Positions 17,921 to 29,169 of a DNA stretch of 64,000 nt are shown piece by piece. Source of the stretch: an uncultured Methanosarcinales archaeon (GTDB taxonomy: Archaea; Nanobdellota; Nanobdellia; Woesearchaeales; JAGVZT01); contig CAYUHF010000004.1 of the NCBI GenBank assembly GCA_964444505.1, positions 28,583 through 92,582 on the forward strand, in the 5' to 3' direction. Position 1 is the stretch's first letter; every line of letters starts with the position of its first letter. The translations under genes were made by a program, and so were the position numbers. The notes under the pieces were generated by a model that did not search any database, was not told where the DNA came from, and was given only the letters and a program-made list of their open reading frames with translations.

Positions 17921-19036
17921 CTAAATAGCATCCTTTATCTTATCTAAAAAATTCTTGTCAGGACTCTCACCTAAAGTATCTGCGTATTCTCTTAAGAGTT
18001 CTTTTTGTTTTTTTGTTAGTTTCTCTGGTGTCTGGACTTTTACTTTAACCATCTCGTCTCCCCTGCCCCTTCCGTTAAGGTGAGGTATTCCTTTGCCTCT
18101 CATCCTCAGAACTGTGTGTGACTGTGTTTTGGGAGGGACTTTGAGCTCTGCTTTTCCTTCTAGTGTTGGAACAGTTATCTCTGACCCAAACACTGCCTGT
18201 GTAAAACTTATTGGGATTTCCACATAGATGTCATCTCCTGCTCTTTCAAATACTTTGTGGGGTTTTATGCGGATCACAACATAGAGATGTCCTGAAGGGC
18301 CTCCATTCTGACCCGCGTGTCCTTCTCCCTGGAGTCTCAGACTTGAACCATCCTCTATCCCCTCTGGAACTTTTATTTCCAGAGTGCTTTCGGTTCTAAT
18401 CTTTCCATTGCCCTGACACTGGGGGCATTTTTCCTTGATTATCTTGCCATCGCCGCCGCATTTTCTGCATCTTGTTCTTGTTGAAACCACACCAAATGGA
18501 GTTCTTCTTGTTATTGATTCCATCCCGCGGCCGTTGCACTGATCACAGGTTTTGAGCGCGCTTTGTGAAGCTGCCCCTGTCCCACCACACTTATCACAGG
18601 TTTCTACTCTCGGGACTTTGATTTTCTTTTTTGTACCAAATGCAGCTTCTTCCAAGGTTATATCCAGTTCATACATCAGGTCAGAGCCTCTTCTTGACCT
18701 GCTCCTGCCAAAAGAGAAGTTTCTCCCGAAAAGCTCATCAAAAATACTGTCAAAATCAAATCTGCCGAAACCAAAATTAGAAAAGTCAAACCTGTTGAAA
18801 TCAAAACCCTGGCTGAATGATGAGTCTGCAGTCCCGAACCTGTCATACTTAGCACGTTTTTCATCATCTGCAAGCACAGATGCTGCCTCGTTTATCTCTT
18901 TGAACTTTTCATGCGCATCCTGGTCTTTGTTCAAATCCGGATGGTATTTTTTAGCAAGTTTTTTGTATGCTTTTTTGATTTCCTGCTTTGATGCATCTTT
19001 TGATACTCCAAGTATTTCATAGTAGTCTTTGGTCAT
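17921..19036 (-). CDS. dnaJ: Chaperone DnaJ
   Basis: J domain with the HPD motif ([10 protein letters not shown]), a G/F-rich region and four CxxCxGxG zinc-finger repeats. Confidence 0.9.
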   Translation of the reverse strand: MTKDYYEILGVSKDASKQEIKKAYKKLAKKYHPDLNKDQDAHEKFKEINEAASVLADDEKRAKYDRFGTADSSFSQGFDFNRFDFSNFGFGRFDFDSIFDELFGRNFSFGRSRSRRGSDLMYELDITLEEAAFGTKKKIKVPRVETCDKCGGTGAASQSALKTCDQCNGRGMESITRRTPFGVVSTRTRCRKCGGDGKIIKEKCPQCQGNGKIRTESTLEIKVPEGIEDGSSLRLQGEGHAGQNGGPSGHLYVVIRIKPHKVFERAGDDIYVEIPISFTQAVFGSEITVPTLEGKAELKVPPKTQSHTVLRMRGKGIPHLNGRGRGDEMVKVKVQTPEKLTKKQKELLREYADTLGESPDKNFLDKIKDAI

Positions 19037-19644
19037 TGTAGTTCATCTCCCAATATCTGTGCAAGTTCCTGTTTGAGCTGTTTTGCATCTTTGAAATGGA
19101 TTGTTGCAAAACCTTTTTTATCTGCTACTTTTATGTTTTTTTCAAGGTCATCAATAAAAACGCACTCACGGGGCTCAAGCTTAAGTCTGGTGAGCAGTAT
19201 GTCAAAAAGTTCTCCATCTGCCTTGAGAACACCGTGTTCAGCAGAGAATATGATAAGGTCAAAGTACTTTGTGAGTTCAAGCCTTTCTACCTGATGCTCA
19301 AAGATACCTTTTATGTGGTCTGACAAGATTGCCAGCTTGTATTTCTGCAACTGTTTTACAATGGAAATTACATCTGGATTGAGTTGAAGATTGTCTCTCA
19401 TTTCTCTTGATATTTTTTCATTTACTTTTTCGTCTATACCCTGGACATTCCTTACAAATTTGTTGAACTCATTTAATGTTATATTGCCTCTCATAAGCTC
19501 TGGCAGATGATTGCTTCCATATACTTTTTCCAGTGCTTCTTCTGGACTGATTTTAAGATGTTGCTTGTATTTTCTAAGTATTTTCAATGTATTTCCTGGT
19601 ATTGTGAGTACATCTCCAAAGTCAAAAATTACTGCTTTTATCAT
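19033..19644 (-). CDS. HAD-superfamily hydrolase
   Basis: N-terminal FDFGDV (DxD motif I) and a HAD-like C-terminus. Confidence 0.55.
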   Translation of the reverse strand: MIKAVIFDFGDVLTIPGNTLKILRKYKQHLKISPEEALEKVYGSNHLPELMRGNITLNEFNKFVRNVQGIDEKVNEKISREMRDNLQLNPDVISIVKQLQKYKLAILSDHIKGIFEHQVERLELTKYFDLIIFSAEHGVLKADGELFDILLTRLKLEPRECVFIDDLEKNIKVADKKGFATIHFKDAKQLKQELAQILGDELQ

Positions 19645-20162
19645 CTTATATCTTCAGGGTTAATATCTATTCTTTTAAAAATTTCCTGTTCTAGTTGTTT
19701 TGTCATTTCAACTATTTCCTGGTTGAAGTCAAGATTTGGATATCTTTCCCTTGCATCCCTGAACCTTTCATCTACTGATACTATCTGGTCATGTAGCACT
19801 CTTCTGTCTGCATAGTGAACAATTTTTTCTTCCCATGTGATCAGATCTTTTATAAAGTTGCACCTGTGTTTTTTTGCTGTTTTTCCAAGTTCCAAATAAC
19901 CCATATCAGACAGTATTTTTTCTGTGACTTCTCCATGGTTTGGTTTTCGAAGTGTCTTAATTTTGTCAAGGTCATGCAGCAGTGATGCCCTGTCAACAAG
20001 TTCAACATCAATATCTAAGCCTGACTTCTTTAGTTTATTTGCCAGGAGGACAGAAATCTTGTTTACCTGTAGAGAGTGTCTTAAAACATTTTCTGGAACG
20101 TGTTCTTTGAGAAGCTTTATTGCCTGTTTACGGGTTGGCAGGGACAAGTTTACCCACCTCAT
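19641..20162 (-). CDS. HD-domain phosphohydrolase
   Basis: H…HD motif (RHSLQV…LLHDLDK). Confidence 0.55.
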   Translation of the reverse strand: MRWVNLSLPTRKQAIKLLKEHVPENVLRHSLQVNKISVLLANKLKKSGLDIDVELVDRASLLHDLDKIKTLRKPNHGEVTEKILSDMGYLELGKTAKKHRCNFIKDLITWEEKIVHYADRRVLHDQIVSVDERFRDARERYPNLDFNQEIVEMTKQLEQEIFKRIDINPEDIR

Positions 20163-20847
20163 TCAGCTGGTAATCGGATGCATCTATATTGTCAATTACT
20201 TCAATAATTTCCAGAGGTGATCGAACTTTCCAGTTTGGCTCTGGATCCCATATGAAATCACCTTCAAAACCAGCTCCTACTGCAAATACCTGCAATCCTG
20301 TGAGGTTTGCATTATAGGCAGTTCTAAAATCATTTCTATGGTCACCAACAAAGACAATTGGGCCCTCTACAGCAAGTTCATCAGCGCATCTTATGAGTCC
20401 CTGGGGGTGTGGCTTGTGATAAGCACAGTTATCAGAGCCAACAATAACAGGAAAATACTCAGAAATACCATGGTGTTTAAGTACCGTCCTTATTGTTCCG
20501 GATGTATTGAGTGAATGCACAGCCATGGGGAGCTCTAGAGTTCTGACAAGCTCAGGAATACCTTCATAAAGAGTAACAGGCATACTAAGTTCCTGGTGAT
20601 AATGGTCCCATAGCCCATCTTGAGCCCGTAAGATTTCTTCTTTACTCAGTCCAAGATCTTCATATATCTCAGTGAAGTGATCTACTCTTGAAACAAGGTC
20701 AAGATAATTCTGCTTATCTTCGAGCTGCTCTTTTGGAGGGTGTCCAAGATGTCTACAGATTGCTCTTGTGACATGTCTGTTTGATTCAAATGTTGCTCCT
20801 AATGTGCCGTCATAATCAAAAACAACAGCACAGACATTACTCGTCAT
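20128..20847 (-). CDS. HAD-superfamily hydrolase
   Basis: VVFDYDGTL motif I and a downstream GD motif. Confidence 0.55.
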   Translation of the reverse strand: MTSNVCAVVFDYDGTLGATFESNRHVTRAICRHLGHPPKEQLEDKQNYLDLVSRVDHFTEIYEDLGLSKEEILRAQDGLWDHYHQELSMPVTLYEGIPELVRTLELPMAVHSLNTSGTIRTVLKHHGISEYFPVIVGSDNCAYHKPHPQGLIRCADELAVEGPIVFVGDHRNDFRTAYNANLTGLQVFAVGAGFEGDFIWDPEPNWKVRSPLEIIEVIDNIDASDYQLNEVGKLVPANP

Positions 20848-22708
20848 CTTTCACTTCATAGTCAGCATCAACTACTTTCTCATCTTTGGTTTTTTCATTG
20901 GTTTTCTTCTCTGTCTTCTGACCTGCAGCTTGCTGAGCCGCCTGCTGTGCTGCCTGGGCCTGCTGATAAACTTCTGTACCAATTCCCTGGAGAACTTTGT
21001 TTAGCTCATCCATTTTTGAATCAAGTGCATCAAGGTCTTTGTCTTCTTTTTCAAGCATTTCTTTTAGCTCATCCAGATGCTTTTTCACTTCTTCCAGCTT
21101 GTCATCTGATACTTTGCCCTTGAACTCTTCCAGAAGTTTTTCAGTCGAGTAGACCATTGAGTCTGCTTTGTTTACTGTCTCTATTCTCTTTTTTCTTTCT
21201 TTGTCTTCTTCAGCATGTGCTTCTGCTTCTTTTTTCATCTTCTCAATTTCAGCTTCACTCAACTTCTGGGTTGCTGTGATCTTTATGGACTGTTCTTTTC
21301 CTGTTCCAAGGTCTTTTGCAGAAACATTCACAATTCCATCAGCATCAATGTCAAAAGTGACCTCGATCTGTGGTACTCCTCTTGGTGCTGGCGGTATTCC
21401 CACAAGGTCAAAGTTGCCAAGCAGTTTGTTGTCTGCTGCCATTGGTCTTTCACCCTGGAAAACCCTGATGCTTACTGCTCTCTGGTTGTCTGTTGCAGTG
21501 CTGAATACCTTGCTCTTTTCAACTGGAATAGTTGTGTTCCTGTCAATTAACTTTGTAAAAACTCCTCCTAATGTCTCAATTCCAAGACTTAAAGGTGTTA
21601 CATCAAGAAGCAGTACATCTTTTACCTCTCCTGACAAAACACCGCCCTGGATAGCTGCGCCTCTTGCAACACACTCCATAGGATCAATTCCTCTTTCTAT
21701 CTTTTTTCCGACATAGTCCTCTACAAACTTCTGGACTATTGGCATTCTTGTTGGTCCGCCCACGAGAATTACTTTGTTGATATCATCTGGAGTTAGGTTT
21801 GCATCTTTGATTGCCTGCTCCATTGGACCTTTACATTTCTGCACAATCGGCCTTACAAGTTCTTCAAGTTTTGACCTTTTTATTTTCATTACAAGGTGCT
21901 TTGGCCCGTCATCACCACCTGTGATGTATGGGAGGTTTACTTCAGTCTCCATTACATTTGATAGCTCAATTTTTGCAATCTCTGCAGCTTCTTTTACACG
22001 CTGCTTTGCTTTGTTGTCTTTTGATAGATCAACTCCCTCTTTTTTCTTGAACTCAGCAACAATATAGTCAGTAAGGACTTTGTCCATATCAGTTCCACCG
22101 AGCTGGGTGTCACCGCTTGTTGACCTCACTTCAAATACACCTTCGCCAAACTCCATGATTGTTACATCAAGAGTTCCTCCACCAAGGTCAAACACTAGAA
22201 TTGTGTGCTCTTTGTCTGATTTGTCAAGTCCGTATGCAAGTGATGCTGCTGTTGGCTCATTTATTATTCTTACAACATCAAGTCCTGCGATTGCACCTGC
22301 ATCTTTTGTTGCCTGCCTCTGGTTGTCATCAAAATAAGCAGGTACTGTTATTACTGCTTTTTCAACATCTTCTCCCAGAAACTTCTCTGCATCTCTTTTG
22401 ATTTTTTGCAGAATAAATGCAGAAATCTGCTGGGGTGTGTACTCTTTTCCATTTATCTTGTACTTATGGTTTGTACCCATCTTTCTCTTGGCTGCAGTTA
22501 CTGTTCTTTCAGGGTTTGTTACTGCCTGCCTTTTTGCAGGCTCACCAACTAAAAGCTGTCCGTCTTCTGTAAATGCAACTACGCTGGGAAAGGCCTTACC
22601 GTAAAGTGTAACTCCTTCTTCACTTGGAATTACTCTTGGCTTTCCTGCCTCAAGATATGCTGCCGCTGAATTACTTGTACCTAAATCAATTCCGATTATC
22701 TTTGACAT
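20837..22708 (-). CDS. dnaK: Chaperone DnaK (Hsp70)
   Basis: [10 protein letters not shown] and DLGGGTLD motifs; 623 aa. Confidence 0.95.
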   Translation of the reverse strand: MSKIIGIDLGTSNSAAAYLEAGKPRVIPSEEGVTLYGKAFPSVVAFTEDGQLLVGEPAKRQAVTNPERTVTAAKRKMGTNHKYKINGKEYTPQQISAFILQKIKRDAEKFLGEDVEKAVITVPAYFDDNQRQATKDAGAIAGLDVVRIINEPTAASLAYGLDKSDKEHTILVFDLGGGTLDVTIMEFGEGVFEVRSTSGDTQLGGTDMDKVLTDYIVAEFKKKEGVDLSKDNKAKQRVKEAAEIAKIELSNVMETEVNLPYITGGDDGPKHLVMKIKRSKLEELVRPIVQKCKGPMEQAIKDANLTPDDINKVILVGGPTRMPIVQKFVEDYVGKKIERGIDPMECVARGAAIQGGVLSGEVKDVLLLDVTPLSLGIETLGGVFTKLIDRNTTIPVEKSKVFSTATDNQRAVSIRVFQGERPMAADNKLLGNFDLVGIPPAPRGVPQIEVTFDIDADGIVNVSAKDLGTGKEQSIKITATQKLSEAEIEKMKKEAEAHAEEDKERKKRIETVNKADSMVYSTEKLLEEFKGKVSDDKLEEVKKHLDELKEMLEKEDKDLDALDSKMDELNKVLQGIGTEVYQQAQAAQQAAQQAAGQKTEKKTNEKTKDEKVVDADYEVKDDE

Positions 22709-23312
22709 CTAAATCACCTATTGCTTGTTTTAAAGATTCTAATTCTTTTATCACAGGACCGTGTCCTGGTATTATCACATCAGCAACATCAAGTATTTTT
22801 TTGATGCTCTGATCAAGATCATCATTGAAATAATCTGCAAACTCTTCTCTGTTCAATATGTGGTGAGCGTTTATCACATCTCCCGAGACAACTATTGTTT
22901 GTTTTCCCGGAACAACAACTGAGATGTGGCTGTGAAAGTGGCCTGGTGTTGACATTATCTTCACTCCAGGAATTTGAATGTCTTCTGGTTTTTCATAGAT
23001 CTCAACTCCTTCAGGAGTCCATACAACCTGGCCGTTGACTATTGTCTTGTCTTTGAAAAGATAATTGTTAAAACAGTGGTCTATGTGAAAGTGAGTGTTA
23101 ATCACATAATCAATGTCCTCTGCTTTAAGTCCTCTTTTTGAGAGTTCCTGGATGAGTTTTGTTTCATAGCCCCTGTAACCTGTGTCAACAAGGATATTTT
23201 TCTCGCCCCGAATTAGGGTCACACTTGAACAGATTGGTTTTACTTCATGGATTAGTCTGCCTTCAGCATCCTTATCTCCATGCACTCCCTCTATAAGTAC
23301 TTCAACTTTCAT
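22686..23312 (-). CDS. Metallo-beta-lactamase-fold protein
   Basis: NTHFHIDHC motif and a GHGPV segment. Confidence 0.55.
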   Translation of the reverse strand: MKVEVLIEGVHGDKDAEGRLIHEVKPICSSVTLIRGEKNILVDTGYRGYETKLIQELSKRGLKAEDIDYVINTHFHIDHCFNNYLFKDKTIVNGQVVWTPEGVEIYEKPEDIQIPGVKIMSTPGHFHSHISVVVPGKQTIVVSGDVINAHHILNREEFADYFNDDLDQSIKKILDVADVIIPGHGPVIKELESLKQAIGDLDVKDNRN

Positions 23313-23614
23313 TCTTCCAGTGCTTTTTTCCTAAGCTGATCAACACGCTCGTCAGTAAGTATTGGTTTTGGTTTTTTGACATGTTTTCTAAACGAAATCA
23401 CATCAACTGATTCCAGAAACTTAACCAGTTTTCTGAAATTGAACTCATCATAGTCTTTTAGTGAACCCAATGCTTCATAGAGACTCTGGTCATAACACAT
23501 AAGCTCTATGTCATCGGGTTTGCATTTAATAAGAGTGTCAATTCTGTCACTTGTTCCCAAAAAATACTTCAATACTGCGCTTGCTCTAATCAACATGCTC
23601 TGTTTGTTTTCCAT
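23309..23614 (-). CDS. Hypothetical protein
   Basis: ORF with operon-type overlaps inside the heat-shock gene block. Confidence 0.35.
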   Translation of the reverse strand: MENKQSMLIRASAVLKYFLGTSDRIDTLIKCKPDDIELMCYDQSLYEALGSLKDYDEFNFRKLVKFLESVDVISFRKHVKKPKPILTDERVDQLRKKALEE

Positions 23615-24131
23615 TTTCCCTCCGTAAATCGTGATAGTCTAAATACTTCTCGAGTAATTCTTTTGATAGTAATTCGTGAAGGTCTGCCCCAGGTATGGGG
23701 TCTTTGAATTTGATATAATTAGCATACTGTCTTACTGACTCTGGATCATTCTTGTCAACAAGATAGTTTACATAAAACCACTGCAGCAGCTCTTCTCCAT
23801 ATGGTCTGCATGTGGCAACTTTGCAATGGAGTGGTTTTACTGGATGGATACTGCAGCCTTCTTCTTTAAGGAATACACACCTGCCGTAAGGTTTATCCTT
23901 TTTTATTGTCCGTGGTCTTAAAAACTCTCTATGAAATATTCGTTGTTTGTCAAGATAGTTTTCTTTTACTTGTTTTGGTGTCAGGTTCAAAAACTCTGCA
24001 ATATTCAATAAATCATCTTCTACCAAAAATCCTGTGGTGAACTTGCAGCAGTGATTTGACCTGTCACAGGTGCTCCCGAGTTCAATCACTTTTTTCTTTG
24101 GTGTTTTTGTTGTTATTATCATTTCCCTCAC
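23586..24131 (-). CDS. YkgJ/UPF0153-family cysteine-cluster (putative Zn/Fe-chelating) protein
   Basis: CDRSNHCC…GRCVFL…GCSIHPVKPLHCKVATC Cys pattern. Confidence 0.5.
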   Translation of the reverse strand: MREMIITTKTPKKKVIELGSTCDRSNHCCKFTTGFLVEDDLLNIAEFLNLTPKQVKENYLDKQRIFHREFLRPRTIKKDKPYGRCVFLKEEGCSIHPVKPLHCKVATCRPYGEELLQWFYVNYLVDKNDPESVRQYANYIKFKDPIPGADLHELLSKELLEKYLDYHDLRRENGKQTEHVD

Positions 24132-24537
24132 TTACAATTACCTTTGGATGCCTAATAATTATGCTGTCCAGCTTGTAGCCTTTTGATACTTCTTCAACTA
24201 TTTCTCCTTTGGGCTTGTCACTGCAGTTTCTGCATATACAGTCATGTATGTTAGGATCAAATTTGCCTTCTGCCTGTATTGGCTCAAGTCCAAGGTTTTT
24301 CAGGCTTGAGATAAGCTGGTTGTAGAGGGGTTTTACTGCCTCTTCCTGTTTTGCGTTCTCAAAACTGTCAAGAACAGGAAGGATCTTTCTTAAGACAAGT
24401 ACCTTCCCCATCCTGACATAGTTTTCCTCTGATTTTTCTGTGCGTTTCTTGTAATTCTCAAAATTTGCCTGCACTCTTTTCAAGAGGTCTGTTAGTTCTT
24501 TGATCTCCTCTTCTTTTTTCTTTAGCTCTTCTGACAA
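24082..24537 (-). CDS. grpE: Nucleotide exchange factor GrpE (short form)
   Basis: Coiled-coil N-terminus (ANFENYKKR), a C-terminal beta domain, and a position upstream of dnaK. Confidence 0.65.
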   Translation of the reverse strand: MSEELKKKEEEIKELTDLLKRVQANFENYKKRTEKSEENYVRMGKVLVLRKILPVLDSFENAKQEEAVKPLYNQLISSLKNLGLEPIQAEGKFDPNIHDCICRNCSDKPKGEIVEEVSKGYKLDSIIIRHPKVIVSEGNDNNNKNTKEKSD

Positions 24538-24565
24538 CTTACTCCCCCCTCTAAAAAACCATTGA

Positions 24566-25006
24566 TTACTCTATTTTAATCTTTCTCTTCTTTGACTCTT
24601 TGTCTTTTGGCACTTCAACTCTCAAAACACCGTTTTTGTATGATGCCTTGGCCTTGTTCGGATCCACATTTGCAGGCAATGCCTGTCTTCTGTAGAACTG
24701 TGATCTTCCGACAGAGTATGTTTTTATCCCTTCTTTTTCTTCTTTGTGTTCTGTTTCTTTTTCCACCGTAACTTCAATATAATCATCTGTGATGTTTAGT
24801 TCAATGTCATCTTTGTCTGCTCCTGGAATCTCAAAACAGCTGATAACTGAATTCTCTGTTTCGTAACAGTCAGCTACTGCTGGCCTGAACTCTTCTCTTG
24901 GAGCAGGTAGATTTCTTTCTGCTGGAAGTCCAAATGCTCTGTCAAACTCTTTTTGCATCCTTCTCATTTCATCAAAAATATCCCAATACATAGTATCCAC
25001 CTCCAT
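24566..25006 (-). CDS. Small heat-shock protein (Hsp20/alpha-crystallin family)
   Basis: Alpha-crystallin domain with a C-terminal G-x-L motif (GVLRVEVPK). Confidence 0.8.
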   Translation of the reverse strand: MEVDTMYWDIFDEMRRMQKEFDRAFGLPAERNLPAPREEFRPAVADCYETENSVISCFEIPGADKDDIELNITDDYIEVTVEKETEHKEEKEGIKTYSVGRSQFYRRQALPANVDPNKAKASYKNGVLRVEVPKDKESKKRKIKIE

Positions 25007-25011
25007 TTGTT

Positions 25012-25512
25012 ATGTTGACCTTAAGTCAACCACGTTTATTTGTAATGAACATCTCATATATAAAGGTTTCGGTAAAATTTATAAAACAGGATTGCATTAG
25101 CTTTATTATGATCATTCATCACAAGATAACAATTATAAGACAGACCCGGCCAAAACAGCCAAACATCAACCGTGAACTTCAATGGTTTGGAAAATCCCTT
25201 GGTCTGTTTAAATCAAGAGACAAGGACAGGTCTTGCTATCGGATATTTGTCGAGCTTCTCAAAAGTTCAAAAAAGGGTGACGGGCTGACTTCTGATGAGA
25301 TAGCAGAAAGAGCAGAGTTGTCAAGGGGAACAGTTGTTCACCATCTTAACCATCTGATGGATTCTGGAATTGTCATCAGAAGTCACAAGAAATATCATCT
25401 CAGAAATGACAGTCTGGAGATGCTTATAGAAGAATTAGAAAAAGATGTTCTTAGAACATTAAATAATCTAAAAACTATTGGTCAAAGAATTGACAAAAGA
25501 CTTGATCACTGA
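25012..25512 (+). CDS. Winged-HTH transcriptional regulator divergent from hsp20, a candidate heat-shock regulator. The true start is probably an internal Met.
   Basis: C-terminal DEIAERAELSRGTVVHHLNHLMDSGIVIR HTH segment and the divergent arrangement with the chaperone genes. Confidence 0.45.
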   Translation: MLTLSQPRLFVMNISYIKVSVKFIKQDCISFIMIIHHKITIIRQTRPKQPNINRELQWFGKSLGLFKSRDKDRSCYRIFVELLKSSKKGDGLTSDEIAERAELSRGTVVHHLNHLMDSGIVIRSHKKYHLRNDSLEMLIEELEKDVLRTLNNLKTIGQRIDKRLDH

Positions 25513-25895
25513 AGTTCTTCTGGTTGTTCTTTTTGTCTGTAGATTTTTGCAAATGCAGGTGTGCAAACAATATAGTCATCGCCAAACCCGGCAATGTCCC
25601 CGTCAATTGCATCACAGGTCTTTTTGAGCTTGTTGATTGCTCTCTTGAGCTCGATGAGATCCTTATCCTTTATAGGTCTTATGTTGACTAATGCTATTGT
25701 ATAACCTTCCCGTAATGCCTTTAGTATTGGCTTTACATCAGAAAAATCACCTATGTTGTATGGTCTTACAGTGATTTCTGCATTGTCGTCATCATAATCA
25801 GTCTCAAGCTCTACATACTCCTGCTCAACTTCCTGGAACACGTCCGGTTCCGATCCAAATCCCAACCCTTTTTTGATGTCTGAAAAGAAACTCAT
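25506..25895 (-). CDS. sepF: Cell-division protein SepF homolog
   Basis: About 130 aa. Contains …YTIALVNIRPIKDKDLIELKRAINKL…DGDIAGFGDDYIVCTP, which matches the SepF/DUF552 pattern. ftsZ is present in the window. Confidence 0.55.
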   Translation of the reverse strand: MSFFSDIKKGLGFGSEPDVFQEVEQEYVELETDYDDDNAEITVRPYNIGDFSDVKPILKALREGYTIALVNIRPIKDKDLIELKRAINKLKKTCDAIDGDIAGFGDDYIVCTPAFAKIYRQKEQPEELQ

Positions 25896-26001
25896 CTTAC
25901 CCTCCTTGTAACACTAAAACACATTACTTATAATACCTATTTAAATTTTTCGAAAACAAGAGACCGCAAGAAATTTAAAGTTCCGGGTAAAACATCATGC
26001 T

Positions 26002-26688
26002 ATGAAAACACCAATTCTTGTAATTAATTTCAAGACTTACAAAAAAGGCTCAAATGATGATGCAGTAAAGATGGCCAGGCTTTGTGACAGGATTGCCAGG
26101 GAAAAAAAAGCTAATATTGCAATTGCTGTGCAGGCACTTGATCTGTACAGAGTAGCTAAAGAAGTTGAGATTCCTGTTTTTATCCAGCATATTGACAATA
26201 TTGATTATGGTGCCAATACAGGACATATTGTCCCGGCTGCAGCCAAAGAGTATGGTGCTTCGGGGTGTGTTATCAACCATTCAGAAGACAGTGTTGACCT
26301 TTTGAAGATTGAAGGAACAATAAAAAAAGCAAGAGAGATTGGTCTTACAAGTCTGGTCTGTGCTCCTCTGCCAGAGATTGCTGCAGAGATAACAAAGTAC
26401 CAGCCAGACCTGATTGCATTTGAGCCTCCTGAACTTATCGGAAGTGAAACAAGCGTGAGTGATGCTGAGCCAGAGATTATTGCAGAAGCAGTAAAAGACG
26501 TCAAGGATGTTTTTGATATTCCTGTTTTGTGTGGTGCTGGAATCAAGAGCAGGCATGATGTAGAGGTTGCAATTGATCTTGGTTCTGCAGGTGTTTTTGT
26601 AGCATCACATATCGTGAAGGCAGATAACCCAGAAAAAAAGATTATCGAACTTGTAGAGGGCTTAGATGGGAGCAAGGGGAATAATTAG
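26002..26688 (+). CDS. tpiA: Triosephosphate isomerase (archaeal short type)
   Basis: LVINFKTY, INHSE and GAG motifs; about 225 aa. Confidence 0.8.
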   Translation: MKTPILVINFKTYKKGSNDDAVKMARLCDRIAREKKANIAIAVQALDLYRVAKEVEIPVFIQHIDNIDYGANTGHIVPAAAKEYGASGCVINHSEDSVDLLKIEGTIKKAREIGLTSLVCAPLPEIAAEITKYQPDLIAFEPPELIGSETSVSDAEPEIIAEAVKDVKDVFDIPVLCGAGIKSRHDVEVAIDLGSAGVFVASHIVKADNPEKKIIELVEGLDGSKGNN

Positions 26689-26866
26689 GGATGTTTTTCT
26701 TTTGTACCTTGGAGTCAGGCTGGTAGCTGTTTGGTTGTTTGGTGCAAAGTTTACTGTTCTTCTTGGGTTTATGGTAGTTATTATGATGCTTTCTTCTGCA
26801 TGGTTTTTTCTTGAGAGATTTGGTGTTCTGTAGGTCAGAGATTGTTTTAATCGAAAGTTATTTAAT

Positions 26867-28978
26867 TTGAGATTGATAGTAATTTTTTGGGATATGATTA
26901 TAAAAAAAATTGAGCTTAGGAATATCAGAAGCTATGTTTCTGAAGAGATTGAATTTCCAAACGGTTCTGTGCTTCTCTCTGGAGAGATCGGCTCTGGAAA
27001 GAGTTCCATTCTTCTTGCTGTGGAGTTTGCCCTTTTTGGAATTGCAAGGGGTGTTCTTTCTGGAACAAGTCTCTTGAGAGTTGGAACTGACAAAGGTCAT
27101 GTGGTTCTTAGTTTTAAAGCCGGCAAAAAAGATATTGTCATCAAAAGAACACTAAAGAGATCCAGTGGTGATGTAAGGCAGGATTCGGGTTATATTATTA
27201 TTGACGGCAAAAAGGAGGAGGCCAGTCCTGTTGAGCTCAAGAGCAGGGTTCTTGAACTTCTTGGATATCCTGAAGAACTTTTGACAAAAAGCAAATCTTT
27301 GATTTACAGATATACTGTTTATACACCACAGGAGGAGATGAAAAGAATTCTTACTGAACAGAGCCAGTACAGGCTGGAGACTTTAAGAAAAATTTTCCAG
27401 ATGGACCGGTACAAAAAAATAAGGGAAAATGCAGGGATACTTATTGATGCACTCAAGGACAGGAGCAATGAGCTCAGGGGACAGGTGCATGATCTGGATG
27501 ATAAGAAAGAGGCACTTCTGGATATCAAAGATGACCTTGAGGAAAAAGAGAAAATACTTGAGGTAGTTAATGAAAAAAGCGGAAAGCTGAAACAAAAGAT
27601 TGATGATAAGAAAAAAGAGATTGAAAAAAATGAGAAAAAAGCCAAGGAATTAAATGAGCTCAAAAATAAAAGAGATATTCTCCATCAGCGGCTCAAAGAT
27701 ATTGTGAAAAACTCTAATGAAAAAAGCAGGAAAATCAAAGAACTGGAGAATGAATCAGAAGAAATTGAAAAAAGACTTGAGAGTATTGAAGCCAAAAAGA
27801 TTGATATTGAGCCAATAACAAAAAAGCTTGAGCAGGCTCAGAAGAAAAAAGATAATCTCATAAAAAACCAGGCTGAATACAGACAGGAGATTAAGAACAG
27901 AAAACAGAAGATAAAAGATGCAAAGGAGCTTATGGAAAAGATTTCCAGCCTTGCAAAATGTCCTCTGTGCCTGCAGGATGTTTCAAAATCTCATATTGAA
28001 AGAATAATAAATGAGAAAAAACAAGAGATTGAAGTTCTGGAAGATGATATTGGCAAATTTGAACAAAAACTTGATAAGACCAAAAAAGATCTTGAAGAGC
28101 TTGGTATTGAAAAACTCAAGGAAAAAGAGAAAAAAGCCCATGAACAGAATCTGAGGTGTCAGAAAAAGAAAAACCTAAGTGAGAAACTGGATGAGAAAAA
28201 GAACAACATCTCAGAATTAAGAGAGGAACTAAAGGAGCTTAAAAAACAGATAGGAAGAATCAATATTGAGAAAAGAGAAATCTCAGAAGAAATTGCGGAT
28301 TATAAAGAGATTGGTGAAAAGACAAAATCTCTTAAAAAAGAGTTTGACGAACTGCAGAAAAAAGAGAAGAAAATTGATATTGAAAAAACAAAGATAAAAA
28401 CTGAGGTTAAGAGTCTTAATGAAAACAAAGAAAGACTGCAAAAAGAGATAACTGAGAAAAAAGAGGCAAAAAAGGAGCTTAAGAGTGTCTCAAGAAAACA
28501 GGGCTGGTTGGCAGATCAGTTTGTGCCCTTGATGGTGAATATGGAACAGCATGTTATGATGAGGGTTTTCCAGGAGTTTAATGAGATTTTCCAGGAATTT
28601 TTTGATATTCTTCTTGAAGGCGAGTATATGTCAGTAAGATTAGATGAGGAGTTTAGTCCTGTTATAAACCAGAGGGGTCATGAGATTAGTTATGAAGATT
28701 TATCTGGTGGTGAGAAGACAAGTATTGCGCTTGCATACAGGCTGGCATTAAACAAAGTTATTAATGATATCATTGAGAATATCAAGACAAAAGATATTAT
28801 TGTTCTTGATGAGCCGACTGATGGTTTTTCCACTCAGCAGCTTGACAAGATAAGAGATGTCTTGGACATATTAAATATCAAGCAGACTATCCTTGTGAGC
28901 CACGAGTCAAAGATTGAAAGTTTTGTAGAAAACATTATTCACATCACAAAAAGACAAAATATCAGCAGGGCTTACTGA
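26867..28978 (+). CDS. rad50: Rad50-type SMC-like ATPase
   Basis: Walker A (GEIGSGKSS), a long coiled coil with a central CPLC zinc hook, and a C-terminal LSGGEK signature plus a D-loop (ILDEP). Confidence 0.75.
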   Translation: MRLIVIFWDMIIKKIELRNIRSYVSEEIEFPNGSVLLSGEIGSGKSSILLAVEFALFGIARGVLSGTSLLRVGTDKGHVVLSFKAGKKDIVIKRTLKRSSGDVRQDSGYIIIDGKKEEASPVELKSRVLELLGYPEELLTKSKSLIYRYTVYTPQEEMKRILTEQSQYRLETLRKIFQMDRYKKIRENAGILIDALKDRSNELRGQVHDLDDKKEALLDIKDDLEEKEKILEVVNEKSGKLKQKIDDKKKEIEKNEKKAKELNELKNKRDILHQRLKDIVKNSNEKSRKIKELENESEEIEKRLESIEAKKIDIEPITKKLEQAQKKKDNLIKNQAEYRQEIKNRKQKIKDAKELMEKISSLAKCPLCLQDVSKSHIERIINEKKQEIEVLEDDIGKFEQKLDKTKKDLEELGIEKLKEKEKKAHEQNLRCQKKKNLSEKLDEKKNNISELREELKELKKQIGRINIEKREISEEIADYKEIGEKTKSLKKEFDELQKKEKKIDIEKTKIKTEVKSLNENKERLQKEITEKKEAKKELKSVSRKQGWLADQFVPLMVNMEQHVMMRVFQEFNEIFQEFFDILLEGEYMSVRLDEEFSPVINQRGHEISYEDLSGGEKTSIALAYRLALNKVINDIIENIKTKDIIVLDEPTDGFSTQQLDKIRDVLDILNIKQTILVSHESKIESFVENIIHITKRQNISRAY

Positions 28979-29013
28979 AATATTTATAAATTCTCTTTGT
29001 TTCTCTAGTTAGT

Positions 29014-29169
29014 ATGGATACAAAAATAATTCTTGTCGGTGTTGGGATTGTGGCAGCTTTTATTGCTTTCAAGTTATTCAGGAGAGCGCCTGATTTTGAT
29101 GTACAGGAGTACTACAATGATATTCTAACTTCTGAAAAGTACAAGGTCAAGGGTCAGTTTGAAGAGTGA
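29014..29169 (+). CDS. Small (51 aa) single-pass membrane protein
   Basis: Hand-translated ORF: MDTKIILVGVGIVAAFIAFKLFRRAPDFDV… It is below the size cutoff of the supplied track. Confidence 0.3.
   Translation: MDTKIILVGVGIVAAFIAFKLFRRAPDFDVQEYYNDILTSEKYKVKGQFEE

Noticed and set aside
21168-22604. Several plus-strand ORFs inside dnaK
   Set aside because: They are shadow ORFs of a highly conserved gene.
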